Part shown: positions 1-10,553 of the stretch, one piece after another | Layout: each line of letters opens with the position of its first letter | Numbering within the stretch: position 1 is the first letter of the stretch | Assembly: GCA_963826525.1 (NCBI GenBank) | Contig: CAWGXH010000004.1 | Span: 704,001-768,000 of the forward strand | Reading direction: 5' to 3' | Source: an uncultured Methanomicrobiaceae archaeon | GTDB lineage: Archaea > Halobacteriota > Methanomicrobia > Methanomicrobiales > Methanoculleaceae | Length of the DNA stretch: 64,000 bases | Made by a program: the position numbers and the translations under genes | The notes under the pieces: generated by a model | Told to the model about the DNA's origin: nothing | The model's input: the letters and a program-made list of their open reading frames with translations, nothing else | Databases searched by the model: none

Positions 1-18
1 ACAGAGGAGGTGCCCTGA

Positions 19-1863
19 ATGACCGAAGAGAGAGAGAAGATGCTGCTCGCTACGGTGAGCGCCACGACGTATAAGCCCGACTATATGACGAACGACAAAC
101 TGGAGGCGGCGACACGGGGACACGGTGCGCTCGTGATACCCGCCTTCTGCGCGGCGAACTCTCTTGCCGAGGATATCTTCTGCAGTGTCGGTGTGCCGGA
201 GATGCACCTCCTCAATCGGATGGCGGTGCTTGATGCGGCCGCACCGCACCTGCCCCTCGATACGATCATCGAAAAGGCAGTGCAGGAGGCGAAACGGGCA
301 GGTGCTGCACCCGAGAACGCAGCCCTCATCGTCGCAGCGCTCGCTTACTTCAGCGGCAGTTGCGCCCGCGCCGGCGTGCCGCTCGGAAACCGCAAGCTCG
401 GTGCCATCGCCCGGATGCACGCCGGAGCGGCGCGGACGAGCGCGATTGCCCTGACCACGAATAAGTTCACCCACCGGGTTCCTGCCTTCCCGGCGTACCT
501 CGCCATCTACCAGCAGCTGATGGATAAGAAACTGACCCGCGTGGACGGTTCGGTGCTCCCGCCGTTTGTGGCCGGGGGCGGCGTCTACGGTCACGCCGCC
601 CTCGGCGAGGACTACAACATCCCGGAGCTCGCCCGGAACGCGGCGAAAGTCGGCACCGAGGCGATGATGAAGAGTATGATCGGTGCCGGCATCACGCCCT
701 ATCCCCTCTGGCCGGCCCTCATCGGCGCTACCGTGACGATGGAGCTCGTCCACCCCGATGCCATGCTCGGCGAAGAGTTCGGCGCCTTCGGGGAGGTCGA
801 CTCCGCATACCTCGCCGGGAAGGGTGCCGTCGAGGCGGCAGGACTCCCTGAGAAACTCCACATGCGAGGGACAGGCGAGGAGTACGACACTGCCCGGATC
901 GTCGGCGATTTCGGGTTGATCCTGAAGGATATCGGCGGGCCGTCGGTGATCGGATCGATGGTCACGAACGAGATCTTCGCCGGCTTTGCGGAGTCGGCAA
1001 TGATCGGGGCAGGATTCTCGGGCGGCCCGGTGAACGTGCCGCTCGGCCACCTCGCCGGCGACACCCTGCCGGCGCTGCGGCTCCTCCTCAAACACAACGG
1101 CGATGTCGTAGCCGTGGCCGATGCGATCCGGGACTACAAGATGCAGTCGTTCATCGATCCTGAGTTCGCCCTGACCTCCCTCAACACCATCGCGAGGAAG
1201 GCCGAACAGGTCACCCGGGGATCGATCACCGCCGCCTGCGTGATGGCAAGCGAAGACGTCCGCGACCGGGCGATCTACCGCCGGGCGGCGAAGACCTACG
1301 AGATGATGAAAGAAGGCAGATCAATCGAGGATGTCGCCCACGCCCTCGACGCCGAACGGCTCGCCTATGTCGAGAAACGGGGCTCTGCGGTCCTCTCCGG
1401 CTTCACCGGAAAGTCGATCGAGTTCAAATTTACCGAGATCGCCCCTCAGGCCAGAAGGACGGATCCTTTTACGGCGAAGTACTGGGGGTTCGATGCGAAG
1501 GCATCCTATGATGTCACCATCGACGGGAAGAAGTACCACATCGAGAACCTGACGGCAAAGGTCGTCCCCGAGTACGTCCTCGAAGGCAAGGGGCGCGACG
1601 ACCCGAACATGGGGACGGCGATCTTCGCCGGGGCGGTCCTCCTGCAGGAACTCCAGTATATCGGCCACACTATCATCAATCTCACCGTTCCGGCCGCCAT
1701 GGCAGCCCTGCTCGGCATGGATGCTGCAGAAGCTGGGAAGCGGGCTGCACGGGGAGCCTACCTGACGAATGCCATCCCCGGCGGAAGGGAGACGGCCACA
1801 CACGTCGCCGGTCTTGCACAAAGGATCTACATGCGCCTGAACGAACCGATGCCCGAGGCGTAA
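19..1863 (+). CDS. Uncharacterised 614-aa protein, directly upstream of larC
   Basis: Long ORF with protein-like composition, RBS GGAGGTG upstream, TGA immediately before the ATG (possible upstream operon gene); no family recognised. Confidence 0.85.
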   Translation: MTEEREKMLLATVSATTYKPDYMTNDKLEAATRGHGALVIPAFCAANSLAEDIFCSVGVPEMHLLNRMAVLDAAAPHLPLDTIIEKAVQEAKRAGAAPENAALIVAALAYFSGSCARAGVPLGNRKLGAIARMHAGAARTSAIALTTNKFTHRVPAFPAYLAIYQQLMDKKLTRVDGSVLPPFVAGGGVYGHAALGEDYNIPELARNAAKVGTEAMMKSMIGAGITPYPLWPALIGATVTMELVHPDAMLGEEFGAFGEVDSAYLAGKGAVEAAGLPEKLHMRGTGEEYDTARIVGDFGLILKDIGGPSVIGSMVTNEIFAGFAESAMIGAGFSGGPVNVPLGHLAGDTLPALRLLLKHNGDVVAVADAIRDYKMQSFIDPEFALTSLNTIARKAEQVTRGSITAACVMASEDVRDRAIYRRAAKTYEMMKEGRSIEDVAHALDAERLAYVEKRGSAVLSGFTGKSIEFKFTEIAPQARRTDPFTAKYWGFDAKASYDVTIDGKKYHIENLTAKVVPEYVLEGKGRDDPNMGTAIFAGAVLLQELQYIGHTIINLTVPAAMAALLGMDAAEAGKRAARGAYLTNAIPGGRETATHVAGLAQRIYMRLNEPMPEA

Positions 1864-1880
1864 ATCACGTCACCGATACC

Positions 1881-3086
1881 ATGAAGGCGCTCGTTATCGA
1901 CCCGAAGATAGCAGGGATAGCGGGAGATATGCTCCTCGCCTCCCTGATCGATCTTTCCGGCTCTTCCGATCTCCTCGACCCGCTGGTCGGGGCAATTGCC
2001 GGGCTCGACCACTGCCGGCACTTCTCGTTCAACCCGCGGGAGGTCGATGCCGGCGGGATTACGGCGGTGCGCCTCGATATCCGGATCGATGAGCACCGAT
2101 CGGGAGATGACGGCGATCTCCGGCAGTCACTCCTCGAAGTGGCCGACACGATCGGGCTTCCGGAGCGTGCACGGAAACGGGCGCTCTCGGTGCTCGACGA
2201 TCTCGTCGCCGCAGAGGCAAAACTCCACCGCACCGGGTTTCACCTTCACGAGATCGCCTCCGTCGACACAATCTTTGATATTCTCGGCTCGCTGCTCATC
2301 CTCGAAGACCTCGGGTTCCTCGACGGCGTCATCTACGCGACCCCGCCCGCTCTCGGCAGCGGATTTATCAGCATGGCTCACGGTGAGATCGCGTGCCCCG
2401 CTCCGGCGACGCTGGAGGTACTCTCCCGGCACCGTATCCGGTTCTCATCCCTCCCGGTGGAGATGGAACTGACGACGCCGACCGGGGCGGCGATCCTCGC
2501 GGCGGTCGCGGAGAAGATCGTCGATCCCTACCCTGCCATGACCCCGATAGGGGTCGGCTACGGCGCCGGTACCCGGCTGATCGACGGCAGGCCGAATATT
2601 CTGCGGGTCGTCGAGGGTGAGGTCGCATCGGCGGCACGGCGGCGGGTGGTGATGCTCGAGACGAACCTCGACGATATTTCCGGCGAGACGATCGGCTACG
2701 TCGTCGAGCGGCTGATGGATGAGGGGGCCATCGATGTCTTTGTCACGCAGGCTATCGGGAAGAAGAACCGACCGGTCTCCATTTTTTCGGTCATGGTGAA
2801 TGAGCGGGACACCGACCGGATGCTCACCCTGCTCATGGCCGAGACGGGCACGCTCGGCGTTCGTATCCAGGAGGTTCCGAAGGTTGTGGCGCACCGATCG
2901 AAGGAGTTGATCTCGGTCACCGTCGATGGCAGGGCGTTTCCGGTCAGGGTGAAGACATCGACGCTGGATGGTCAGGTGATTGCGAGGAAACCGGAGCACG
3001 ACGACCTCGCCGCCATCGCCCGGGACCTAAATGTTCCTCTCCGCTACGTTGCCGAGACGGTCAGGCGACAGACACCGGACGCGTGA
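1881..3086 (+). CDS. larC: Nickel pincer cofactor biosynthesis protein LarC (DUF111)
   Basis: Motifs AGIAGDMLL, FHLHEIASVD, HGEIACPAPATLE, ELTTPTGAA, LETNLDD, GKKNRP, ETGTLGVR. Confidence 0.93.
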   Translation: MKALVIDPKIAGIAGDMLLASLIDLSGSSDLLDPLVGAIAGLDHCRHFSFNPREVDAGGITAVRLDIRIDEHRSGDDGDLRQSLLEVADTIGLPERARKRALSVLDDLVAAEAKLHRTGFHLHEIASVDTIFDILGSLLILEDLGFLDGVIYATPPALGSGFISMAHGEIACPAPATLEVLSRHRIRFSSLPVEMELTTPTGAAILAAVAEKIVDPYPAMTPIGVGYGAGTRLIDGRPNILRVVEGEVASAARRRVVMLETNLDDISGETIGYVVERLMDEGAIDVFVTQAIGKKNRPVSIFSVMVNERDTDRMLTLLMAETGTLGVRIQEVPKVVAHRSKELISVTVDGRAFPVRVKTSTLDGQVIARKPEHDDLAAIARDLNVPLRYVAETVRRQTPDA

Positions 3087-3750
3087 ACAGTTCGCGCATC
3101 GACCGTGCGTTCCCGAGCATGGCGTGGTCGTTGTTGAAGAAGATATACGCGCGACCGGGGTCGACCCGGCAGATCGCATCCCGGATAGCACGGAGTTCCG
3201 CTGCGGAGTAGTCGTGCCGGTACCAGTCGGTTCTCCCGTGTACCCTGAGGTAGACACGCTCCGCCGGGAAGATCCTTTTCTGAAAGTCCGGAGAGTCGAC
3301 CGAAACGAGGGTGACCTCCTCCGAAAGCCGGCGGCAGGCATCGTCATCCCCGAGGAGAGCGGGGTTTCGGATCTCAAGAGCGCACCGTTCCCCAAGGTTG
3401 GTTCTTCGGGCAAACGCGAGCATCCTCTCGGTGTCACGCATCCGGGGCGGCGCCTGAAAGAGGTAGAAGTCCACGAGGTCGTCGATGGGCTCGCAACGGT
3501 CGCGGAACCGCTCCCAGACCTCGAAGGCTTTGTCATTGAAGAGATGCCGGTGTGTCACCGACCGGTTGACCTTCACGCTCCAGCGAAGGCGTGATCCGGT
3601 ATCTCGCCATGCTGCTACGGCAGATTCGGACGGGAATCGGTAGAAACTCATGTTCAATTCGACGGCGTTCAGCCCCGACACTTCGACGTACCACGCAAGG
3701 CTCCCGCCCTCGTTCCACGCATACGCCCACCCGCTTGTGCCGACGTACAC
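3061..3750 (-). CDS. DUF72 (YecE-like) protein
   Basis: YVGTSGW, VELNMSFY, YLRVHG, YIFFNN motifs; true start may be ATG near 3757 with an indel. Confidence 0.9.
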   Translation of the reverse strand: MYVGTSGWAYAWNEGGSLAWYVEVSGLNAVELNMSFYRFPSESAVAAWRDTGSRLRWSVKVNRSVTHRHLFNDKAFEVWERFRDRCEPIDDLVDFYLFQAPPRMRDTERMLAFARRTNLGERCALEIRNPALLGDDDACRRLSEEVTLVSVDSPDFQKRIFPAERVYLRVHGRTDWYRHDYSAAELRAIRDAICRVDPGRAYIFFNNDHAMLGNARSMRELFTRPVSVA

Positions 3751-3810
3751 GCTCCATGCCCGCCGGTGCGGAGGTGGGGGAGATAATGGTTGCGGATAGC
3801 AGTCTGGGAT

Positions 3811-4548
3811 CTACCAGATACCGGGCACGAAGACGTACATCGCCCAACCCATGTACTCACGCCCGTAGCCGAAGTATTCGTCCTGGAGGCGGCGGAAGTA
3901 GCCTGCAATCTCCTCACGCTCCGGGTGGTCGGGATGAGCGGAGAGCCAGCCGAGAAGGGACTGCCAGATCCCTGACTCGTAGCGGTCCCAGTCGTCCCCG
4001 CTCGCCCGCACGACGGCGGCGAGGTCGAGCCCGACATCCCTGGCCGTCCGGAGAATCTCGTACTCGGTCAGGACTTCGGTCCACTCCCGTGCAAAATCCG
4101 TCGGTACCCGGTCGCGCAGCCAGTAGCGGTCGCCCATGACGATCGCCCCGTCGTCGTGCACGAGGTCGAGCATCGCATGGAGCGCAGGTTCAAAACCGTT
4201 CCAGATGTGCGATGCCCCGATGCAGGCAGCCCCGTCAAAGGGCACTTCCGGAGTGTAGGCAGCGGCGTCGGTACAGAGGACCTCTATCCGACCGGATAGT
4301 CCACTCGCCGCAAGCAGGTCGCGTGCATGCTCGCAGGCGTTCTCCCGGAGTTCGAGCCCAACCCCGGAGATCCCGTACGCCTCGCTCCAGAGCGCGAGGG
4401 CAGTGCCGTTCCCACAGCCTACGTCGATGACCCGGCTCGCGTCATTCCACCCGGCGGCTTTACCTGCGGCAAGCACCTTCTCCGGAGTGGCGGGGTTCAT
4501 GATCGGCAGCGCTCCCTGTGATATAGTGACAATATCGTGCATATCCAT
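3811..4548 (-). CDS. Class I SAM-dependent methyltransferase (YjhP-like)
   Basis: VIDVGCGNG motif I, IMNP N-terminus, CIGASHI, DWDRYE, YGREYMGWAMYV. Confidence 0.88.
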   Translation of the reverse strand: MDMHDIVTISQGALPIMNPATPEKVLAAGKAAGWNDASRVIDVGCGNGTALALWSEAYGISGVGLELRENACEHARDLLAASGLSGRIEVLCTDAAAYTPEVPFDGAACIGASHIWNGFEPALHAMLDLVHDDGAIVMGDRYWLRDRVPTDFAREWTEVLTEYEILRTARDVGLDLAAVVRASGDDWDRYESGIWQSLLGWLSAHPDHPEREEIAGYFRRLQDEYFGYGREYMGWAMYVFVPGIW

Positions 4549-4676
4549 ACTGGTGATCTCCGGAGGATGAGGTGGAACCGAATCGGTGATGAAGAGTTCC
4601 CTTCATGACCGGGGGAGCGCCGCTCCCGACCCTTCCCAACCTATAAGTACCGTCACGGTTACCGGTGTCCATCGTT

Positions 4677-5811
4677 ATGCAGGAAGAGCACGATACCCAG
4701 ACCCGTATCCTTCGTGCTCTCCGGTTCCGGCCGAAGGGCATGACCATCACGGACGTGGCAAAACAGATCGGGGCGACCAGAAACTCGGTCTCGAAGCACC
4801 TCGAGATCCTGCAGATCGCCGGCAAGGTCGACGTCCGGAGCATCGGCAATGCGAAGCTCTACTCGCTTGCCCAGCGCGTCCCGATGTCAGCATTCCTCTG
4901 CTTCACGAGGAACCTGATCGTAGTCCTGGATAGCCGATACAACATCGTCCAGGTGAATGACCAGTATCTCAAAATCGCTCGGCGCGGGAAAGAGGAACTG
5001 CTTGGACAGTCTCTGCCGGACTCCGCGCTTCCCATCATCTCCACCCCCGAGGCACTCTTGATTATCAAAGGAGTGGAGCGGGAACAGGTTATCACAGACA
5101 TCCTGTACCAATCTGACGAGCAGGAATTCTTCTTCCAGATGCAGGTGATCCCGACGATTTTTGATGATGGAAAGCAGGGATCCACCGTTGTCCTCGAGGA
5201 TGTCACGGAGAAGAAGCAACATATCCGAAATCTCGAATTTCTCGCGAGAACTTCAGACTCATCTCGCGGATATCGGAGAGGAAGAGAACATTTACCAGTT
5301 CGTTGGGGAGAAGATCGCGGAGCTCGTGCCCGAGAGCATTGTGGCTGTCATGTCCATTCATCCTGATACCCGGATTACCACCATCGAAGCGATGGCAGGA
5401 GATAGGGAGATGATTGGAGGGGTTTATGAGAAACTTTTCGCTCCTTTCGGTATGAACCTGATAGGAGCCTCCTTCTCTATGAACAACGTCCCAGAATCGG
5501 TGCCGTTTCTCGCAAAAAGGGTCCTCGAGGAGGGTGCGGAAAGACTATACATCCAACTCTACCAGATGTTTCCAGAAGACGTGTGCGACGAGATCCAGGA
5601 GCGTCTTTCGTTTGGAAAGAACTATGGAATGGGATGCGTCTGCCGTGGCGGCCTCTTTGGGAATATTACTATCAGACTGAAACGGGGGGCTGAACTCCGA
5701 AATCGGGAGACGATCGAGGCGTTCGTCCGCCAGGCAGCCGTTGCTCTCCAGAGGAGGTATATCCAGGAGAAGTTAAAGGGGGCTGAGGAGCGACTGATGG
5801 AAGGGCGTTAA
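4677..5811 (+). CDS. wHTH-PAS(-GAF-like) one-component regulator, copy 1 (frameshift near 5260)
   Basis: ORFs 4665-5366 and 5161-5811 join; N-terminal HTH (GMTITDVAKQIGATRNSVSKHL), PAS (VLDSRYNIVQVND...LEDVTE), GAF-like tail ending FVRQAAVAL. Confidence 0.8.
4680..4919 (+). repeat. Direct repeat copy A, 240-bp HTH-coding block
   Basis: Near-identical to 6107-6346; 77 of 80 encoded residues identical. Confidence 0.9.
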
Positions 5812-6100
5812 TTAATCGATTGAGATGTTCAAAGTTCCAAATCATACTGGCTTTGGCTGAAAAGGAATACTCATCGTCTGGCGATCTCGTACCGAGGCTT
5901 GAAGAAAGGTACAATTATATTTTCCATGTCGAAACGGGTATTATAGTTCTCTTCCTGACCTGAGGCCTCCGCTCCCGGGATCGCATCCGGCATGGATCCT
6001 GCTCTCAGGTGGTTCCAGAATTGCCGAATGCGGCGATCCCCTCACGGCTCTCCGACCGGAACCAACGTATAAATACCGTCGCTGCACTGGTGCTCGTGCT

Positions 6101-7637
6101 ATGCAGCAGGAAGAGCACGATACCCAGACCTGGATTCTTCGTGCTCTCCGGTTCCGGCCGAAGGGCATGACCATCACGGACGTGGCAAAGCAGATCGGGG
6201 CGACGAGAAACTCGGCCTCGAAGCACCTCGAGATCCTGCAGATCGCGGGAAAGGTCGAGGTGCGGAGCATCGGCAATGCGAAGCTTTACTCGCTCGCCCA
6301 GCGCGTCCCGATGTCCGCGTTCCTCTGCTTCACGAGGAACCTGATCCTCATCCTGGACAGTTCCCTTCGAATCGTCCAGGCCAACGATCAGTGCCTGAAG
6401 ACCCTCCAGCGCACGAAAGACGAACTCGTCGGCCTGACCCTCGAGGAAGCGGCCCTTCCGATCGTCTCCACACCGGAGGCGATAGCCGTCATCGAAGGAC
6501 TCGAGCGCGAGCAGGTCGTCACCGATCTCCGCTACCGGAGTGACGGGAAGGATCTCTTCTTCCAGATGCAGGCGATCCCGACCACCTTCGACGACGGAGA
6601 GAAGGGCGCGACGCTCGTGCTCGAGGATATCACCGAACAGAAGCGGTACGTCCGGGACATGGAGTTCCTTGCCCGGACCGCGATGGAACTTGTTGACCTG
6701 CCGGCGGAGGCGGATATCTACCAGTACATCGGCGAACAGATTATGGAACTCGTTCCTGGTGCCCAGGTCTTCGTGGACTCCTACGACGAAGTCAACCGGC
6801 AGTTCCTCATGCAGGCGATCCTGGATCAAACCTTCCGGGAGGGACTGAAACAGTTAGTAGGCCAGGATGTCGTCGGGATGACCTTCCGCATCGATGATAT
6901 AATCGGTGCCCCGCACTATGACACCGTCAGTTCAGTTTTTATGATGCACGAGCACGTTTTCGGCCCTCAAGCCAGAGCAGGGGACTGGTCGTTTCACGAT
7001 CTCTGCTTCAGGCAGATCCCTGAGAAGGTTTGCGATGAGATCCTCGCACAGTTCAATATCGGAAAAACGATAGGTATCGAGCTTGATCTGGCAGGGACGA
7101 GCTCTTCGGCGTCGTCGGCATCTTCCTCCCGCCCGACAGGGGCTCGAGGACCGGCAGGCGGTCGATTCGTTCGTCCGCCAGGCCTCCATCGCCCTCGCCC
7201 GGCGGCAGACCGAAGAGCGGCTCCGCCGCAGCGAACGCCGGTTCCGGGACGTCATCGACTCATCCCCCGTTGCTGCGACCATCATCGAGAGCAACGGCCG
7301 CTACTCCTTCCTCAACCGGGCGTTCACCGATCTCTTCGGGTATACGCTCACAGATATCCCCACCGGACGCGAGTGGTTCCAGAAGGCCTTCCCCGACGAT
7401 GCATCCCGCCGTGAGGCGATCGCCGCCTGGAAGTCGGACCAGGAACAGGCCGGCAGGGGCCAGCCCCGTCCCCGAACGTTCCGGGTCAGGTGCAAAGGCG
7501 GCGAAGAGAAGACGGTCCTCTTCCGGCCGGTGGAGCTCTGCGACGGGACAGAGCATGTCACCTACGAGGATATCACCGAAGAAAGGCAGGCATACCGGGT
7601 ACTGGTCGGGGAGATCGCCGGGCTGCGGCGGAGATAG
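6101..7637 (+). CDS. wHTH-PAS-GAF-like-PAS one-component regulator, copy 2 (frameshifts near 7080-7140)
   Basis: ORFs 6101-7414 and 7083-7637 join; same HTH as copy 1; C-terminal PAS (YSFLNRAFTDLFGY...YEDITE). Confidence 0.8.
6107..6346 (+). repeat. Direct repeat copy B, 240-bp HTH-coding block
   Basis: Near-identical to 4680-4919. Confidence 0.9.
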
Positions 7638-7751
7638 CCTTCCGGATCGGCATAATAAAACTATGCAAGGCAATGCCGCTTCGCGGCTCTGTTTCGTAAA
7701 TATTGTTGGTTCTTCGGGATATCCCCCCTCCCGTCCAAGGAGGGAATAGAA

Positions 7752-8236
7752 ATGTCTGACGCAAAAGACCTTCGCGGGCAGCAGCAGGTAACCCACCTGC
7801 TGAATCTGCTCGTAAACGGTGATACCTACTCGAGCATCCAGGCTGCCGCGGCGCTCGCCACCGTCGGCAGCGGTGTTGAGGAATCGCTCCTGGCGCTCCT
7901 GACCGACGGCGAGACGACCGACCGCTGGAACGTTGCCATGGCGCTCGCCCGGATCGGGGCGCCTGCCGTCGACGGCCTTATCGCCGTCGCAAAGACCGGG
8001 GATAATGCCGTCCGGAACCCTGCCGTCTGGGCGCTCGCCGAGATCGGGGATACCCGGGCGGTGGAGCCGCTTGCGGCCATCCTCAGGAGAGTACTTCCGA
8101 GTGCTGCAGGGCGCTGACCGCCGCCGCCCTGCTGAAGATCGGTGACCCCGCCGGCGTCGCAGCCGTCGAAGAAGAACTGGCCGTGCATGGAGAAGCATTC
8201 GAGGGGCTCGTTATGGAGGCCTACGAGGGGACGTGA
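7752..8236 (+). CDS. HEAT/PBS-lyase repeat protein (frameshift near 8090)
   Basis: Repeats RWNVAMALARIG, VRNPAVWALAEIGDTRAVEPL; alternative frame continues RALTAAALLKIGDPAG to TGA at 8234-8236. Confidence 0.8.
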
Positions 8237-8329
8237 TCGTCTCCTCCATTCTTTTTCCCGGTATCCTCCTGCCGCACCGGCCTCCGGTGCAAACCTTTAT
8301 CGACTCTGGCGGAATGACACTGCGCAGGT

Positions 8330-10447
8330 ATGAGCCCGGACCAGGAGAAGGCCTCCCGGATCAGGAACGCTCTCCGGTTCAGGCCGAAAGGGATGACGAT
8401 ATCGGAGATCTCCCGGAATACCGGGATGAATAGGAACTCCGTTGCAAAATACCTCGACGTCCTGCTCATCTCCGGGCAGGTGGCGATGGAGGAGATCGGC
8501 AACGCAAAGGTCTACACCCTCTCCCACCGGGTTCCGATCTCGGCGTTCATGGATATTACCCGTGACTGCATTCTTATCCTCGATACCGACCGTCGGATCG
8601 TGCAGGTGAACGAACAGTTCCTGCGCCTGGCCGGTGTCGGGAGGGATGAGATCGTCGACCGATCTCCGGCAGAGGTAAGGGCGCAGGTGCCGGTGATCTC
8701 GGCCATCTGCAGCTTTCTCGCGGAAGGGGCGGAACGCGAGGCGACGGTGGACGGCATCCCCGTCCCTGACGGTGACGAGCAGCGCTACTACCGGGCGAAG
8801 ATCATCCCGACGGTCTTTGAAGACGGGCAGCACGGCACAACCGTGATCCTCGAGGAGACGACCAGACAGACGAAGATACGTGTGGTGGAGGCGCTCCTCG
8901 CCTGCATCGTCGACTCCTCCGACGACGCCATCATCGGTGAGAACCTGGATGGGATCATCGCGAGCTGGAACGCCGCGGCACGCCGGCTCTACGGCTACGC
9001 GGCGGAGGAGGCGATCGGCAGGCCAATCTCGCTCCTCTTCCCCCAGGAGCGGTGCAAAGAACTCTCCTATCTTCGAAACCGCGTCCGCCGGGGAGAGCGG
9101 GTCGAGCACTTCGAGACGGTCAGGATCGCAAAGGACGGCACGTCGACCGATGTCTCGGTCACGCTCTCGCCTATCCTCAATCCAGGCAGCGAGATCATCG
9201 GGGTGTCGACGATCACCCGGGACATCTCCGTGCAGAAAGCGGCCGAGGCAGAGATCGACGGAGCGAACCGGCTCCTCTTCGGGATCATCGACTTCCTTCC
9301 CGACGCCACGCTCGTCGTCGATACGGGTGACCGCGTCATCGCCTGGAACCGGGAGATGGAGGCGTTGACCGGCCTTTCGAAGGCCGAAGTGCTCGAAAAA
9401 GACATCCGTGCCTACGCCGTCCCGTTCTACGGGGAGTCCCGGGGCATAATGAACGGGCGTGCCGAGACGCCGAATGCCCCAACTACCTCCATGAGGTTCA
9501 GGCGGAACGGCGATACCGTCTTCGGCACGGGGTATTTCCCCCACGCCTACAGGGGGAGAGGAGCGCACCTCTGGGGGAAGGCGTCGCCCATTCTCGATCG
9601 GAACGGAAACCGGATCGGCACCATCGAGTCGCTCCGCGACATCACCGACCAGCGCGCTGCAGAAGACGCCCTCCGGCAGAGCGAAAGAAGGTTCCGGCTG
9701 GCAGTCACCCGTGCCCCGTTCCCCCTCTCCGTCATCGACCGGGAGGGGCGGATCATCTATGCCAACCGGGCGTTCGTAAAGGTCTTCGGGTACGGCCAGG
9801 GAAACCTGCTCGGAGGCAGGGAGCAGCTCGAGCAGGCGCTCCCTGACCCCTCGGACCGCAACGGGGCACGCGCCGTCTGGAGCGAGTTTGTTCACGGGGC
9901 AAAGCAGGGTCTGGCCGGGTCGGAGACGCTCAGAGTCCGGTGCAGGAACGGCGAGGTGAAGACCGTCCTCTTCCGGGCAGGCCCGCTCTCCGACGGAACC
10001 TATCTGCTCACCTGCGAGGATATCTCCGAAGCACGCCGTGTCTTTTCCATCCTCCTCGCCGAAATGATGGAGATGAGGCAGACCGGAGAGGGACCGGGCG
10101 GCACGGCGATCGCCCTCACCGATCCTGCCGGGTACATCTCGTTCGCCAACCGGACACTCCTGGCGCTCTGGGGGTATCACACCGAGGAAGAGCTCCTGAA
10201 CCGGCATGCAGCAGAGTTATGGAAGGACCCGGGCGAGGCATCCGGCGTCTTTGCCCGGCTCCGGCAGGGGGCGAGCTGGTGCGGCATGCTGAACGGTCGA
10301 GGCCGGGACGGCACGGTATTCTCCGCGTTGGTCACCGCCGACCCGGTTTCTAGAGAATCCGGCAGGATAACGGGGCTGGTGCTGGCAGCGGTGCCCCTCC
10401 ACCGTCGCCGGCCGGGAAGTGCTCCAACACGGGGGAAAAAGGCGTGA
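8330..10447 (+). CDS. wHTH plus multi-PAS one-component regulator, copy 3
   Basis: ALRFRPKGMTISEISRNTGMNRNSVAKYL HTH followed by about five PAS/PAC repeats (e.g. VDSSDDAIIGENLDGIIASWN); no kinase domain. Confidence 0.88.
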   Translation: MSPDQEKASRIRNALRFRPKGMTISEISRNTGMNRNSVAKYLDVLLISGQVAMEEIGNAKVYTLSHRVPISAFMDITRDCILILDTDRRIVQVNEQFLRLAGVGRDEIVDRSPAEVRAQVPVISAICSFLAEGAEREATVDGIPVPDGDEQRYYRAKIIPTVFEDGQHGTTVILEETTRQTKIRVVEALLACIVDSSDDAIIGENLDGIIASWNAAARRLYGYAAEEAIGRPISLLFPQERCKELSYLRNRVRRGERVEHFETVRIAKDGTSTDVSVTLSPILNPGSEIIGVSTITRDISVQKAAEAEIDGANRLLFGIIDFLPDATLVVDTGDRVIAWNREMEALTGLSKAEVLEKDIRAYAVPFYGESRGIMNGRAETPNAPTTSMRFRRNGDTVFGTGYFPHAYRGRGAHLWGKASPILDRNGNRIGTIESLRDITDQRAAEDALRQSERRFRLAVTRAPFPLSVIDREGRIIYANRAFVKVFGYGQGNLLGGREQLEQALPDPSDRNGARAVWSEFVHGAKQGLAGSETLRVRCRNGEVKTVLFRAGPLSDGTYLLTCEDISEARRVFSILLAEMMEMRQTGEGPGGTAIALTDPAGYISFANRTLLALWGYHTEEELLNRHAAELWKDPGEASGVFARLRQGASWCGMLNGRGRDGTVFSALVTADPVSRESGRITGLVLAAVPLHRRRPGSAPTRGKKA

Positions 10448-10553
10448 CGGGGCGGGACAGACACGGGGTATTCCTGCCAGCTCAATATAGTAGCAGGAAC
10501 AAACTACAGTATGCTATATACCCCACACCTGCCGCTGGCAGGGGAGAGAAACG

